From Prolixibacteraceae bacterium (lineage in GTDB: Bacteria; Bacteroidota; Bacteroidia; Bacteroidales; Prolixibacteraceae), in the NCBI GenBank assembly GCA_963676535.2, contig CAXXKQ010000037.1:15613-79612 (forward strand): 64,000 nt of DNA. Reading direction: 5' to 3'. This document shows, piece by piece, positions 31,100-40,361 of the stretch. The notes under the pieces are model-generated. The model was given only the letters and a program-made list of their open reading frames with translations. It did no database searches and was not told the DNA's origin. Position numbers and translations under genes: made by a program. Within the stretch, counting starts at the first letter, position 1. Every line of letters begins with the position of its first letter.

Positions 31100-33154
31100 T
31101 TATTTATTCCAAAGATTTGGCATTCCGCCATGCCCTCGGGCTTTTACGGGCGCCTGATCAACCGGTTGGGTTTTGCCGGAATGAATGTTGAACAGACGTT
31201 TTGCAGTCTCCATCATGGCTTCTACTTGGTGTGGATAAGGACAATCTGTAACATCAACTAACCCGCAGTTGTAGTTTTCACCATCCCGGCGACCGGTTAA
31301 ATCCTGGTCGCACCACTGGAAATAAGCTGTGCCGATTAATCCGGGGTGCGCATAAGCCCGTTCGGTATAGTATCGGTAGGCAACTCCACGTTCCTGTTGT
31401 GAATTGACCTGCCACAGCGATTGTGCCATTCCGCGGTCAACCGTTCCGAAGTGGTATTCGCCAATGATCATGGGCAGTCCGGTCAATTCCAAAGCCCGGT
31501 CCATCATTTCCTTTTTTGGATAAAGGTCGTAGCAATTGAAGCTGAATACATCGAAAACATCTTTGCAGATTTCCAGAATTTCGCGATCAATGCCCATCAC
31601 ATTTCCGAACCGGATACCCAGATTGAGATGGTTCGGATCGTATTTGGTGATTGCCTGGTCAACTGTTTCAAGGAAAGTACGGAATGTCTGAAAAATAAAC
31701 TGTTTCCGGCGTTCCGGCGTGTCGCCTTTTGCCAGCCATTTGGTTAATTCGGCTTTGACCGGACGATCAGCACCTTCCATAATCATGCCGCAAAGGCGCA
31801 CTTCCTGCTCAAGCCACGAGGGTTCGTTGGCCGTGAAATAGCCAATAACCCAGGGATTTTCCTTGTAAGGTTCAACGAATGATTTGCAGGCGGCATCAAT
31901 CTTTTCGGCAAATCCCGGAGCATAAACATCGGGCAAACCCATAATCCCGTCTTCGACACCAACTCCGCGCAGCTGCATCACAAAAGCCTTTTTATTCAAT
32001 TTGGTAACTTCGGGGCTCGACCAGTTCGCAATGGTATTCAGTCCCCATTTATCCATCCGCTTAATGATCATTTCTCTCGATTTGGCAGGATAATCGTCAC
32101 CATACCGGCGAAACAAATTCCATGTTCCGAAAGAAATTGATCCGGATCTGGCCGGATTTGGATTTAGATTGGCAGGAGGTAATTCTTTGTAGAGATTTTG
32201 ACGTTTGTCCAGGTTCATCACATTCCCGCCTCCACCGGGACTGACGCAATCTACCCCGACTGAAAGAAACAAATAACCTTCAGGATCAACAAACCACCAG
32301 CGACCGTCAATCTTTTCAGTCCTGAAAAAGCCCGTCGCTTTTACTTTTGCGTTCAGATAGCCGCCGTATTTCGAGTAGTTGTAGCAATTTACTGCACCCA
32401 TTTTATCTATCTTCTCACTCGATGAGCTATCACTTATTTTTTTGAGGTTTTTTGTTTTCGTTAGCACGATTTCCCTGTCCTCGGTTTCCCATTCTTTTTT
32501 CAGCTGGTCGAGTGAGTGGATTTTTCCCTCGTATTCCCCGAGGTCCCATTGTCCGAATTCGTTTACTACTGGTTTATTACCAAGATATTGGTCACCAGGA
32601 TCTTCTACCGATAATGCAATGGAACGAAGTTCGAATGTCGGATTGTTAATTGGTGCATTTATGCGGATGCCAATGGAATCGACTCCACGAAGCTGACCGC
32701 GTTTACCACCCAGATTGATCCATCCGGTGTAACGTGGCTGGTTATAGGTGGCCGCCAGATCGAGCGCAGCATCGGGCAAACGACGGTAAAATTTCAGCGG
32801 AATGGCCAGTTTATTCCAGCCGTTGGGTGTATAACTCATGATGCGCAGTTCATTGTATCCAGTTTCGGTGGTAAAACCAACATGAAAACGCTGAGAGGTT
32901 GAGATTTTAAATTCGAGCACTACAAAATTGTAATTGTCCCAGTTGCCCGGAAGTCCTGGCGTAATATCATGAATAGCAAATTTTTGTCCGGAAACTTCTT
33001 TATTGCTGTCGAATTGGATTTTGACTGACTTTTGAGCCTGGCAAAATACAACAAACAAAAGTAGATTGATGGTTAAAACAGCTAATCTCCAATTTGATTT
33101 AGTTTGCATGGTTTCGGTTTTTAAGTTAGCAACAGGAACCCGGATAATCTCCAA
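31100..33154 (-). CDS. exported putative glycoside hydrolase (N-terminal beta-sandwich plus clan GH-A-like TIM barrel), family not recognised
   Basis: 684-aa ORF. FTANEPSW (NEP acid/base-like) and MIIGEYHFG (nucleophile-like Glu) are spaced as in clan GH-A. The likely start is at 33109 (MQTKSNWRLAVL..., signal peptide). Confidence 0.5.
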   Translation of the reverse strand: MEIIRVPVANLKTETMQTKSNWRLAVLTINLLLFVVFCQAQKSVKIQFDSNKEVSGQKFAIHDITPGLPGNWDNYNFVVLEFKISTSQRFHVGFTTETGYNELRIMSYTPNGWNKLAIPLKFYRRLPDAALDLAATYNQPRYTGWINLGGKRGQLRGVDSIGIRINAPINNPTFELRSIALSVEDPGDQYLGNKPVVNEFGQWDLGEYEGKIHSLDQLKKEWETEDREIVLTKTKNLKKISDSSSSEKIDKMGAVNCYNYSKYGGYLNAKVKATGFFRTEKIDGRWWFVDPEGYLFLSVGVDCVSPGGGGNVMNLDKRQNLYKELPPANLNPNPARSGSISFGTWNLFRRYGDDYPAKSREMIIKRMDKWGLNTIANWSSPEVTKLNKKAFVMQLRGVGVEDGIMGLPDVYAPGFAEKIDAACKSFVEPYKENPWVIGYFTANEPSWLEQEVRLCGMIMEGADRPVKAELTKWLAKGDTPERRKQFIFQTFRTFLETVDQAITKYDPNHLNLGIRFGNVMGIDREILEICKDVFDVFSFNCYDLYPKKEMMDRALELTGLPMIIGEYHFGTVDRGMAQSLWQVNSQQERGVAYRYYTERAYAHPGLIGTAYFQWCDQDLTGRRDGENYNCGLVDVTDCPYPHQVEAMMETAKRLFNIHSGKTQPVDQAPVKARGHGGMPNLWNK

Positions 33155-33385
33155 CAGAAAAATAATTCCCGGATTAATCGGCTGAGAAATATTTTTTTGA
33201 AGCGGCAGATTGTTCAGATGAATTTATGTTTGAATTGTCTTAGCTGACAAATTCATGGCGTTCATTCGTTTTTCATATAATTTGTTTTTTAATGGAAGTA
33301 TGCCTGCCTGTCCCGTTGGGCAGGGAACTTCATATTGCTGGAATTATTATCATTCTCTTGTATGTCGCTTCGCAACATGTTCGTT

Positions 33386-34576
33386 TCATTTTTCCAGTTC
33401 AGCCAGTGTTGCCCATATTTCAACCAGGCTGGCCTGATCGAGTAGCCATTTGTATTCATCGTTTTTTGCACCTTTCCAGTCTTTGCTAAACAACCCGTTT
33501 TTATCCCGGATATGATTCCACAATTGGTCCATATTATCGTTGAAAATAGTTATATACTCCGGATTTTTATCCAACTGGTAAAGTTCAACGTACCCGCGGA
33601 AGAGGATTGCATTGAACCAGTTACCGGTATTTTTAAAAAGCCTGATTTGTTTTCCTTCGGCAGTTGTATAGGCTTCGGTAAAATGATTGATCGCTGATTT
33701 TGCAATTTGCTGCGCTTCTTCCAAATACATTTTTTTACCAGTCAGTTTGTACAACATCGCGGTAGCCTGAAGCATCTGACCGCTGTTGTAAGTATATTTC
33801 TGGCGACTGATTTTTCCTGAAAGGTTTTTATTGTCAAAGTAAAGGTAATCAGTCGAATCCTGAAGGTTTGTTTTGGTCCAGTTGTAAATGTGGACGCCCC
33901 AGTTGAGATAAGAAGTATCTTTTGTAGTCTCATAGAGCTTGAGCGCCAGTACCGAGCCCGGAGCGTTGGAGCAGGTGTTTTTCGATTTCTTTTTCTGTTC
34001 GCACCAGTATATGCCGCCGCCCAATTCATTGTCCCATCCGCTGATGATAAATTTCCAGGTCTCGATTGATTTTTTCAGGTATTCTGATTGTTTGGTGAGC
34101 ATATAAGATTCACAAAAATCGAGGGCAAGCCAAACATTGTCGTCGTAAAAACGATCAGACTCTCCGGCTGAAAAAATATATGACTGGTAACAGGCTGGTT
34201 TCCGCACCTGGTCGTAATATTGCTGAAGGCCAGGCAAGACAGTTGTTTCGAGCATTTTGCGGTATTGTTTGTCGTGAGTTGATTTTAGCAAGGCATTTAC
34301 TCCTGAAAAAACTCCGGAAGTTGGCCACAGATAAGCCACGCGTTTTCCTTTCACTTTATCTTCTCCAGCCAGGTAGGTTGCTTTTTCTTCGGCTTTATAA
34401 GGATATGTTTCATTCAGTAAATGATCGTGTCCGGCATCATATAAACTAAAAATCTGGTTTAGTGTAGTCCGAGCGCGCATCAGATTTTTATTTTCGGTTT
34501 TTGCCTGGCAAGCTATGCCAGATAAAAATATAACTATCAGGATTGCAAGTGTTTTAAGGTTGGTGATCGTTGTCAT
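33386..34576 (-). CDS. GH76-like (alpha-1,6-mannanase family) exported protein
   Basis: 396-aa ORF with a signal peptide, RFYDDNVWLALDF (catalytic Asp-Asp region of GH76) and GGIYWCEQ. Confidence 0.75.
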   Translation of the reverse strand: MTTITNLKTLAILIVIFLSGIACQAKTENKNLMRARTTLNQIFSLYDAGHDHLLNETYPYKAEEKATYLAGEDKVKGKRVAYLWPTSGVFSGVNALLKSTHDKQYRKMLETTVLPGLQQYYDQVRKPACYQSYIFSAGESDRFYDDNVWLALDFCESYMLTKQSEYLKKSIETWKFIISGWDNELGGGIYWCEQKKKSKNTCSNAPGSVLALKLYETTKDTSYLNWGVHIYNWTKTNLQDSTDYLYFDNKNLSGKISRQKYTYNSGQMLQATAMLYKLTGKKMYLEEAQQIAKSAINHFTEAYTTAEGKQIRLFKNTGNWFNAILFRGYVELYQLDKNPEYITIFNDNMDQLWNHIRDKNGLFSKDWKGAKNDEYKWLLDQASLVEIWATLAELEK

Positions 34577-34750
34577 GTTTATTTGGGTTTGAATCTGTTT
34601 GTATGAATAGATTAGGGAAAAATGAGCGTTTGGTTATAAAACAGAAATTTTCATCAGAGGTTGGTTTATTGTTTAGGTATGGCAAAGCGGGCTAAAAATA
34701 CAATTTATTGTCGAAAAGCATAGAAAGTCAGCGTTAAGCTTTTGTTTTCT

Positions 34751-34817
34751 GATCTGGCAGCACATTCCAGATCATTTAGAATCTGGATTTTGTACCCGGA
34801 ATATCTAAATTCTGGAT
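34751..34817 (+). promoter_or_regulatory. cluster of TCTGG-containing repeats upstream of the ECF sigma gene (candidate operator)
   Basis: Perfect inverted repeat GATCTGG-N9-CCAGATC (34751-34773). Two direct 12-mers follow, TAGAATCTGGAT (34777-34788) and TAAATTCTGGAT (34806-34817). Confidence 0.3.
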
Positions 34818-34924
34818 AAGGAACGGGCCTAAATTGAACTCAAACTTCAATTATTTCAAAGAAGTTTGTTAATATTGAACGCTAATAAGCCGTCAAATTG
34901 GCTAATCACTGACTAGTATTGTTA

Positions 34925-35521
34925 ATGCAAACAAAATCCGGATTAACTACGAAATTGGCAAAAGGAGATCCTGTCGCGTTCAGAGATATTTTCAATTTGC
35001 TTTATCCCCGAATGATGGGATATTGTAAATTATTTGTTAAAGACCATTTTCAGGCTGAAGATCTTGTTCAGGATTGTTTTGTCCAGCTATGGAACAAACG
35101 GGAGTCACTTGATCCAAAACGGAATATTGACAGCTTGTTGTTTGTTATGTTGCGTAATCATTGTCTGAATTTTCTTAGGGATAACCGTCTGGACAATACA
35201 ACCATTGAACTTAATAGTCAGCATATCAGCGAAGTTCAATACCTCTATCATCTCGACTTTATTGGTGAGGAAGAAAAACCGCTGGAGGAACATCTCATCA
35301 CTTCACTGAAAGAGGCGATCGATAACCTGCCCGATCGTCAAAAGGAAGTATTTTTAAAAACAAAAGTTGGTGGGCAGAGCCAGAAAGAAGTTGCAACCGA
35401 GCTGGGTATTACCGTCAAAGCGATTGAAAAGAATGTTGCCGCAGCCAAAAAACGCATTCGGGATGAACTTGCCCGGAAGTTTCCCACTTTAGCTGTAATT
35501 CTTTTATTTTTATTACAATGA
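34925..35521 (+). CDS. ECF (sigma-70 family group 4) RNA polymerase sigma factor
   Basis: Region 2 (FRDIFNLLYPRMMGYCKLFVKDHFQAEDLVQDCFVQLW) and region 4 HTH (LPDRQKEVFLKTKVGGQSQKEVATELGITVKAIEKNV). ATG at 34925 is preferred over the ORF-track TTG at 34919. Confidence 0.88.
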   Translation: MQTKSGLTTKLAKGDPVAFRDIFNLLYPRMMGYCKLFVKDHFQAEDLVQDCFVQLWNKRESLDPKRNIDSLLFVMLRNHCLNFLRDNRLDNTTIELNSQHISEVQYLYHLDFIGEEEKPLEEHLITSLKEAIDNLPDRQKEVFLKTKVGGQSQKEVATELGITVKAIEKNVAAAKKRIRDELARKFPTLAVILLFLLQ

Positions 35522-35534
35522 AGGAAAAGGATAA

Positions 35535-35568
35535 ACAGGTAGGGTTTTCATTTATTTCGTGTAATCAT
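35535..35568 (+). promoter_or_regulatory. candidate ECF-sigma-dependent promoter (copy 1) upstream of fecR-susC1
   Basis: ACAGGTAGGGTTTT-N10-GTGTAATCAT. The same two blocks recur at 40178-40215. Confidence 0.45.
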
Positions 35569-35657
35569 CATGTAAACTGATTGGTTCATCTTATTTCGTG
35601 CTCAGGAGTCACAATGCCATTTTGAATATATTGGTTTATCAAAAGTTTAAACAAAAA

Positions 35658-36668
35658 ATGAGATTATTAATTATCAAATACTTCGAGGGAAAGGTTAATT
35701 CGAAGGAACAAGCAGAACTCCTTGACTGGTTACGGAATGAAGGCAACAGAAAAGAGTTCAGTCAGGTTTTATCGGAATGGGAAAATAAACGGTTGGCCGA
35801 AGGAATCCCGCAGGAACACCTTTTGGGGTGGGCAAACCTGCAATCCAAACTTTTGCTCGAAGTTGAAAATAAACAAAAGCGTCAGTTGCAGATTTATCGT
35901 TTCCTGAGTTATGCTGCGATCTTCATTTTACTAATTTCAATTCCGGCGGTTTGGGTCTCATTAAAGCATGGAAAGACTGACTCAGTATTGAGTTATACTC
36001 AGGTATCGGCTGAAAACGGGCAGGTTGCAAAAGTATTTTTGCCCGATGGATCGCAGGTATGGTTAAATTCAGGAAGTTCTATAAAATACAATAACCTTTT
36101 TGCAACAGGAAACCGGGATATCGAACTCGATGGTGAAGCTTTTTTCAAAGCTGCAAAAAACAAGGATCTTCCGATGGTTGTGAGCTGTTCTGAATTAAAA
36201 GTGAAGGTACTGGGTACCAGTTTTAACGTAATGTCGTATCCTGAGAGCGGAAACATTCAGGTAACGCTCGAAGAAGGAAAAGTATCACTTTACAACGCCT
36301 CTGCCCCCAATGAAGTCAGGACGATGCAGTCAGGCGAAATGGCTACCTATTCAAAAAGCAGCAAGCAAATGACCATCGATCCGGTGAATACTGTTCATTT
36401 CACTTCCTGGAAAGATGGAATCATAAACATTTATAACCTTTCGCTTGAAGATTTGGTGACGAAGCTGGAACGTCGTTACAATCAAAAATTTGAAGTAGAT
36501 GAGGCTGCCAAGTCCTTACGATATACCTTCACCATAAAAAATGAAAGCCTGCGCCAGGTGCTCGACTTGGTCAAGATCATTAATCCGGTTGATCCAGTGC
36601 AGAAAAATGATGTTATTTATTTGAAATATAATCAACAAAGAGCAACAAAAATGAGTCAAGTCAATTAG
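35658..36668 (+). CDS. FecR-family anti-sigma factor
   Basis: N-terminal anti-sigma helix (LIIKYFEGKVNSKEQAELLDWL), one TM helix (FLSYAAIFILLISIPAVWV), then FecR and C-terminal DUF4974-like domains. ATG at 35658 is preferred over the upstream GTG at 35598. Confidence 0.88.
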   Translation: MRLLIIKYFEGKVNSKEQAELLDWLRNEGNRKEFSQVLSEWENKRLAEGIPQEHLLGWANLQSKLLLEVENKQKRQLQIYRFLSYAAIFILLISIPAVWVSLKHGKTDSVLSYTQVSAENGQVAKVFLPDGSQVWLNSGSSIKYNNLFATGNRDIELDGEAFFKAAKNKDLPMVVSCSELKVKVLGTSFNVMSYPESGNIQVTLEEGKVSLYNASAPNEVRTMQSGEMATYSKSSKQMTIDPVNTVHFTSWKDGIINIYNLSLEDLVTKLERRYNQKFEVDEAAKSLRYTFTIKNESLRQVLDLVKIINPVDPVQKNDVIYLKYNQQRATKMSQVN

Positions 36669-36672
36669 TTTT

Positions 36673-39600
36673 GTGAATGCAAAACTTTGGAAAACCATGA
36701 GATTCACCGTTCTCTTCATCCTTTTGGGACTCCTACAATTGGCTAAAGGCAACGTTTATGGCCAACCGACGCATCTTGACCTCAATTTTGATAATGTCCG
36801 ACTTGGTGTAGTTTTGAATGCCATTGAAGCTCAAAGTAAATATCATTTTGCTTACAGCGCTGAATTCATTAACCTCGATAGGAAGGTCAGTATAAAAGTC
36901 AGTACCGACAATATCCAAACAGTTTTAGATCATTTGTTTACGGGGAATGGAGTCAGGTATGAGATCAAAGATCGCCATATTATTTTACTGCCTGTCACTG
37001 TAACACCAAATTCACCGACTGATAGAATTATTACTGGTACCGTGAGGGATAATAACGGTCAGCCGCTGCCTGGTGTTGTATGTAGTTTGGCGGGTACAGC
37101 ACTTGGAGTACTGACAGATTCGGATGGGAAGTTTATTTTGAAGTTGCCGGATCATACCCGTGAGTCCTTCATGGCATTTTCTTTTTTGGGCATGATTCCT
37201 CAGAGAATCAGAGTAGATAATTCAAAGGTTTACGCCATTACGCTTTACAATGCCACGATTGATCTCGACGAACTGGTTGTTGTGGGTTATGGGGTGCAAA
37301 AAAAAGCCAGTCTTGTCGGAGCTATTTCCCAGATTTCTTTTACTGAACTACAGCAGTCATCTACTCCAAACCTGACAAATTCGTTGGCTGGTCGTGTTGC
37401 CGGGGTGATAACGGTAATGGGAAGCGGAAAACCGGGAAGTGATGATTCGAAAATCTATGTTCGCGGTATGGCCACTACCAACAGTACCGATCCCCTGGTA
37501 CTGGTTGACGGGCTTGAGCGCGACTGGAAACAGATTGATCCGGCTGATATTGAATCTCTTTCGGTACTGAAAGATGCTTCGGCGACTGCTGTTTTCGGTG
37601 TTCGCGGGGCCAACGGTGTAATTTTGATTACCACCAAACGTGGTCAAAAAGGAAAACCGGTCTTCAACATCACTTCCAGAACGACCATCCAGGCGCCTAT
37701 CCGTCTTCCTGAATACCTGGGATCCTACCAGTTTGCCACGCTGACCAACGAAGCTTTACGCAATGAAGGCAAACCCGAAGAATATACCACCAGCGACCTG
37801 GAACATTACCGTCTGGGCGACTCGCCTTACACCCACCCGGATAATGATTACTACAAAGATTTCCTGAAGAAAACCGCGATGCAGCAGAACGTGAACCTGA
37901 GCGCCAGGGGAGGTACTGACTTCTTTCTGTATTATCTATCTGCCAGTATTCTTCACCAGGAAGGTCTGTACAAAGAATTCAAAAATAACGAATACAATAC
38001 CAACGCCAATTACGACCGGTATAATTTCAGGTCGAACCTGGATTTTAACGTTACACCAACCACCAAGGTAGGAGTCGATTTAACCGGTCGGTTGGAAACC
38101 AGGCGCCAGCCAAACTTTGATGCCGACCTGTTCGACAAGACCCGCCGGCTTCCGCCAAACTTTCAGTCGTACATCAACCCGAACGGTACAATTGGTGGGC
38201 GTTCCGACGAAACCCGTTTGGCTCCTTACGCATTACTGTCTTCGTTTGGTAACCGTAGCAGGAACAACAATGTACTGGAAGGTTCGTTTAAATTTGACCA
38301 GAAGCTTGATGCCATGACCAAAGGACTTTCGTTCCGTGCGATGGTTGGATTTAACAGCAGTTTTGAATCGCGGACAGACATCAGCGAAAAGCCTGAATTG
38401 TGGCAATATGACAAGTTTGGTGTTTACACGCTGAACAAGCAGCGGACCGACATCAGCTACAGCACGGGCAAGGGGCCTGGCCGTCGCCGGATATCGGCAG
38501 AATATTCGCTGAATTACAACCGCACATTTGGTCAGGACCATGCTGTTACCGGTATGGCGCTATACCAGCAGAGCAGGTACTGGAGCGAATTCGATATTCC
38601 GACTGGTTACATGGGATTTGTAGGCCGTGCCACTTATGCTTACAAATCGCGTTACCTGTTTGAAGTCAACGTTGGGTACAACGGGTCGATGCAATTTGCC
38701 AAAGAGCACCGTTACGGTTTTTTCCCGGCCATGTCGCTGGGATGGGTAACCTCGGACGAACGGTGGTGGAAAGAAAACATTACGTTTATTGATTACCTGA
38801 AGATCAGGGGTTCTTACGGAGAAGTAGGGAACGACAAGATCGGGGATTTCAAATACCTGTACGAACAGCGCTACAATTTGATGCCCAACGAAGACGGCTG
38901 GAACATTAAATGGGGCGAATCGGGCGAAACGGTTGAGCGCGGTATCGCCGAAGGACAACCCGGGAACGATCGGGTAACCTGGGAAAGGGCCAAGAAATCG
39001 AACATTGGGTTTGATGCCCGCCTGTTCAATTCGAAACTTTCGGTAACCGCGGACTTTTTCCAGGAACGCCGTGTCGACATTCTGGCCATCCCGTATTCCG
39101 TTCCGTTGGTTTTTGGGATGAACAACCCGCAGAACTCGGAACGCAAGGACGGGCAGGGTTTGCCACCGGAAAACCTTGGCATCGTGGAGAACAAGGGAGT
39201 TGATATGGAAATCGGGTACAAAGACAAGATCGGGAATGTAGGTTATTTTGTGAAAGGTAACATTACCTTTGCGCGGAATAAAATCATTCGGATGGATGAA
39301 GAAGGGAAGAAGTACGACTGGCAAAAGAGAGAAGGCAAACGTATTGGTCAGCATTTTGGATTGACCGATATCGGGTTGTACCAGCGTGAAGACTTCCTGA
39401 TGGACGAGGGCGGCAACCTGTTACTGGAAGGAGGATATCCTGTACTTAAACCAGGTATCCCGTTGCCCAGCTTCGGGGTTGTTTACCCGGGCGACTGTAA
39501 ATATGCCGACCTGAATGGCGACGGGCTGATTGACAGTTACGACATGGGTAACATCGGGCATGGAACGGTACCGGAATATACCTACGGCTTGAACATGGGA

Positions 39601-40053
39601 GTATCGTACAAGAACTTTGATCTTTCGATCCTGTTCCAGGGTGCAGGTAATGCCGATTTCTACTTCAAGGAAGATGCGGTATGGGAGTTCAATGCGATGG
39701 GCAAGGTTATGACCCAGCACCTGGGTCGTTACAATCCACAGGATCCGTCGACCTGGCAAACGGCCACCTACCCGTTACTTCACCCGGCAGAGAACCCGAA
39801 TAACCACCAGAAGACAACGCGCTGGTTGTTTTCGCGGAACTATCTTCGTTTGAAGAATGCCGAACTGGGGTACAACATGCCGAAGACCCTGACCCAAAAG
39901 ATTGGTATCTCGGCAACCCGTATCTTTGTGAGCGGGAACAACCTGCTCACCTTCGACAAGATGATGAACTGGGACCCTGAATCGGGCAGCGAGAACGGGA
40001 GTCAGTACCCACAGCTTCGCCTCTGGAACTTCGGAATTAGCGTAACTTTCTAA
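36673..40053 (+). CDS. SusC/RagA-family TonB-dependent transporter with N-terminal STN signalling domain (SusC-1)
   Basis: Domain order is signal peptide, STN-like domain (LNFDNVRLGVVLNAIEAQSKYHFAYSAEF...RHIILLP), CarboxypepD_reg, plug (IYVRGMATTNSTDPLVLVDGLERD) and barrel ending NFGISVTF. It starts 4 nt after fecR, with an alternative ATG at 36697. No SusD gene follows. Confidence 0.92.
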   Translation: MNAKLWKTMRFTVLFILLGLLQLAKGNVYGQPTHLDLNFDNVRLGVVLNAIEAQSKYHFAYSAEFINLDRKVSIKVSTDNIQTVLDHLFTGNGVRYEIKDRHIILLPVTVTPNSPTDRIITGTVRDNNGQPLPGVVCSLAGTALGVLTDSDGKFILKLPDHTRESFMAFSFLGMIPQRIRVDNSKVYAITLYNATIDLDELVVVGYGVQKKASLVGAISQISFTELQQSSTPNLTNSLAGRVAGVITVMGSGKPGSDDSKIYVRGMATTNSTDPLVLVDGLERDWKQIDPADIESLSVLKDASATAVFGVRGANGVILITTKRGQKGKPVFNITSRTTIQAPIRLPEYLGSYQFATLTNEALRNEGKPEEYTTSDLEHYRLGDSPYTHPDNDYYKDFLKKTAMQQNVNLSARGGTDFFLYYLSASILHQEGLYKEFKNNEYNTNANYDRYNFRSNLDFNVTPTTKVGVDLTGRLETRRQPNFDADLFDKTRRLPPNFQSYINPNGTIGGRSDETRLAPYALLSSFGNRSRNNNVLEGSFKFDQKLDAMTKGLSFRAMVGFNSSFESRTDISEKPELWQYDKFGVYTLNKQRTDISYSTGKGPGRRRISAEYSLNYNRTFGQDHAVTGMALYQQSRYWSEFDIPTGYMGFVGRATYAYKSRYLFEVNVGYNGSMQFAKEHRYGFFPAMSLGWVTSDERWWKENITFIDYLKIRGSYGEVGNDKIGDFKYLYEQRYNLMPNEDGWNIKWGESGETVERGIAEGQPGNDRVTWERAKKSNIGFDARLFNSKLSVTADFFQERRVDILAIPYSVPLVFGMNNPQNSERKDGQGLPPENLGIVENKGVDMEIGYKDKIGNVGYFVKGNITFARNKIIRMDEEGKKYDWQKREGKRIGQHFGLTDIGLYQREDFLMDEGGNLLLEGGYPVLKPGIPLPSFGVVYPGDCKYADLNGDGLIDSYDMGNIGHGTVPEYTYGLNMGVSYKNFDLSILFQGAGNADFYFKEDAVWEFNAMGKVMTQHLGRYNPQDPSTWQTATYPLLHPAENPNNHQKTTRWLFSRNYLRLKNAELGYNMPKTLTQKIGISATRIFVSGNNLLTFDKMMNWDPESGSENGSQYPQLRLWNFGISVTF
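37274..40053. repeat. direct repeat copy A (2,780 bp), near-identical to 45772..48551
   Basis: Aligns at a constant offset of 8,498 bp with no indels. For example, 38161-38919 is identical by eye to 46659-47417. The repeat ends exactly at the TAA stop. Confidence 0.9.
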
Positions 40054-40177
40054 AAGATTTCTTTATGATTCTATCATCTTGCGTTGAAAAAGTTTTACAG
40101 GAATCAATACAATTGATAGGTCGGTCTTATACTTCTCATTTCATGTTAGCACAAACATATTTTCCAAAAACGATTTC

Positions 40178-40215
40178 ACAGGAGGTAGGGTTTTAAAGTG
40201 AGGATGTGTACTCAT
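40178..40215 (+). promoter_or_regulatory. candidate ECF-sigma-dependent promoter (copy 2) upstream of susC2
   Basis: ACAGGAGGTAGGGTTTT-N11-GTGTACTCAT lies about 150 nt upstream of the SusC-2 start and shares both blocks with 35535-35568. Confidence 0.45.
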
Positions 40216-40361
40216 AGATACTCATAAAAACTAACATCTAAAAATGCTTATGAATTTAACCTCGTAGACTGCAATCAAAAGAAGGACCGGACCTAATGAT
40301 CCGTCCCTCTCTCAGTGAGTTCAATAATTGAATTAAATTAAACAATCACAAGTTAAACCTG

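Noticed and set aside
38560-39354. 264-aa minus-strand ORF inside SusC-1, duplicated at 47058..47852, plus other antisense ORFs in both repeats
   Set aside because: They appear twice only because the underlying DNA is the 2.78-kb repeat. They are antisense to well-supported TonB-dependent transporter frames and have no motifs of their own.
40065-40196. 43-codon ORF starting 11 nt after the SusC-1 stop, considered as a real small gene
   Set aside because: It has no signal-peptide h-region, no similarity to SusD N-termini beyond LSSC, and ends inside the promoter-like motif. I kept it only as a possible relic in the orphan-SusC finding.
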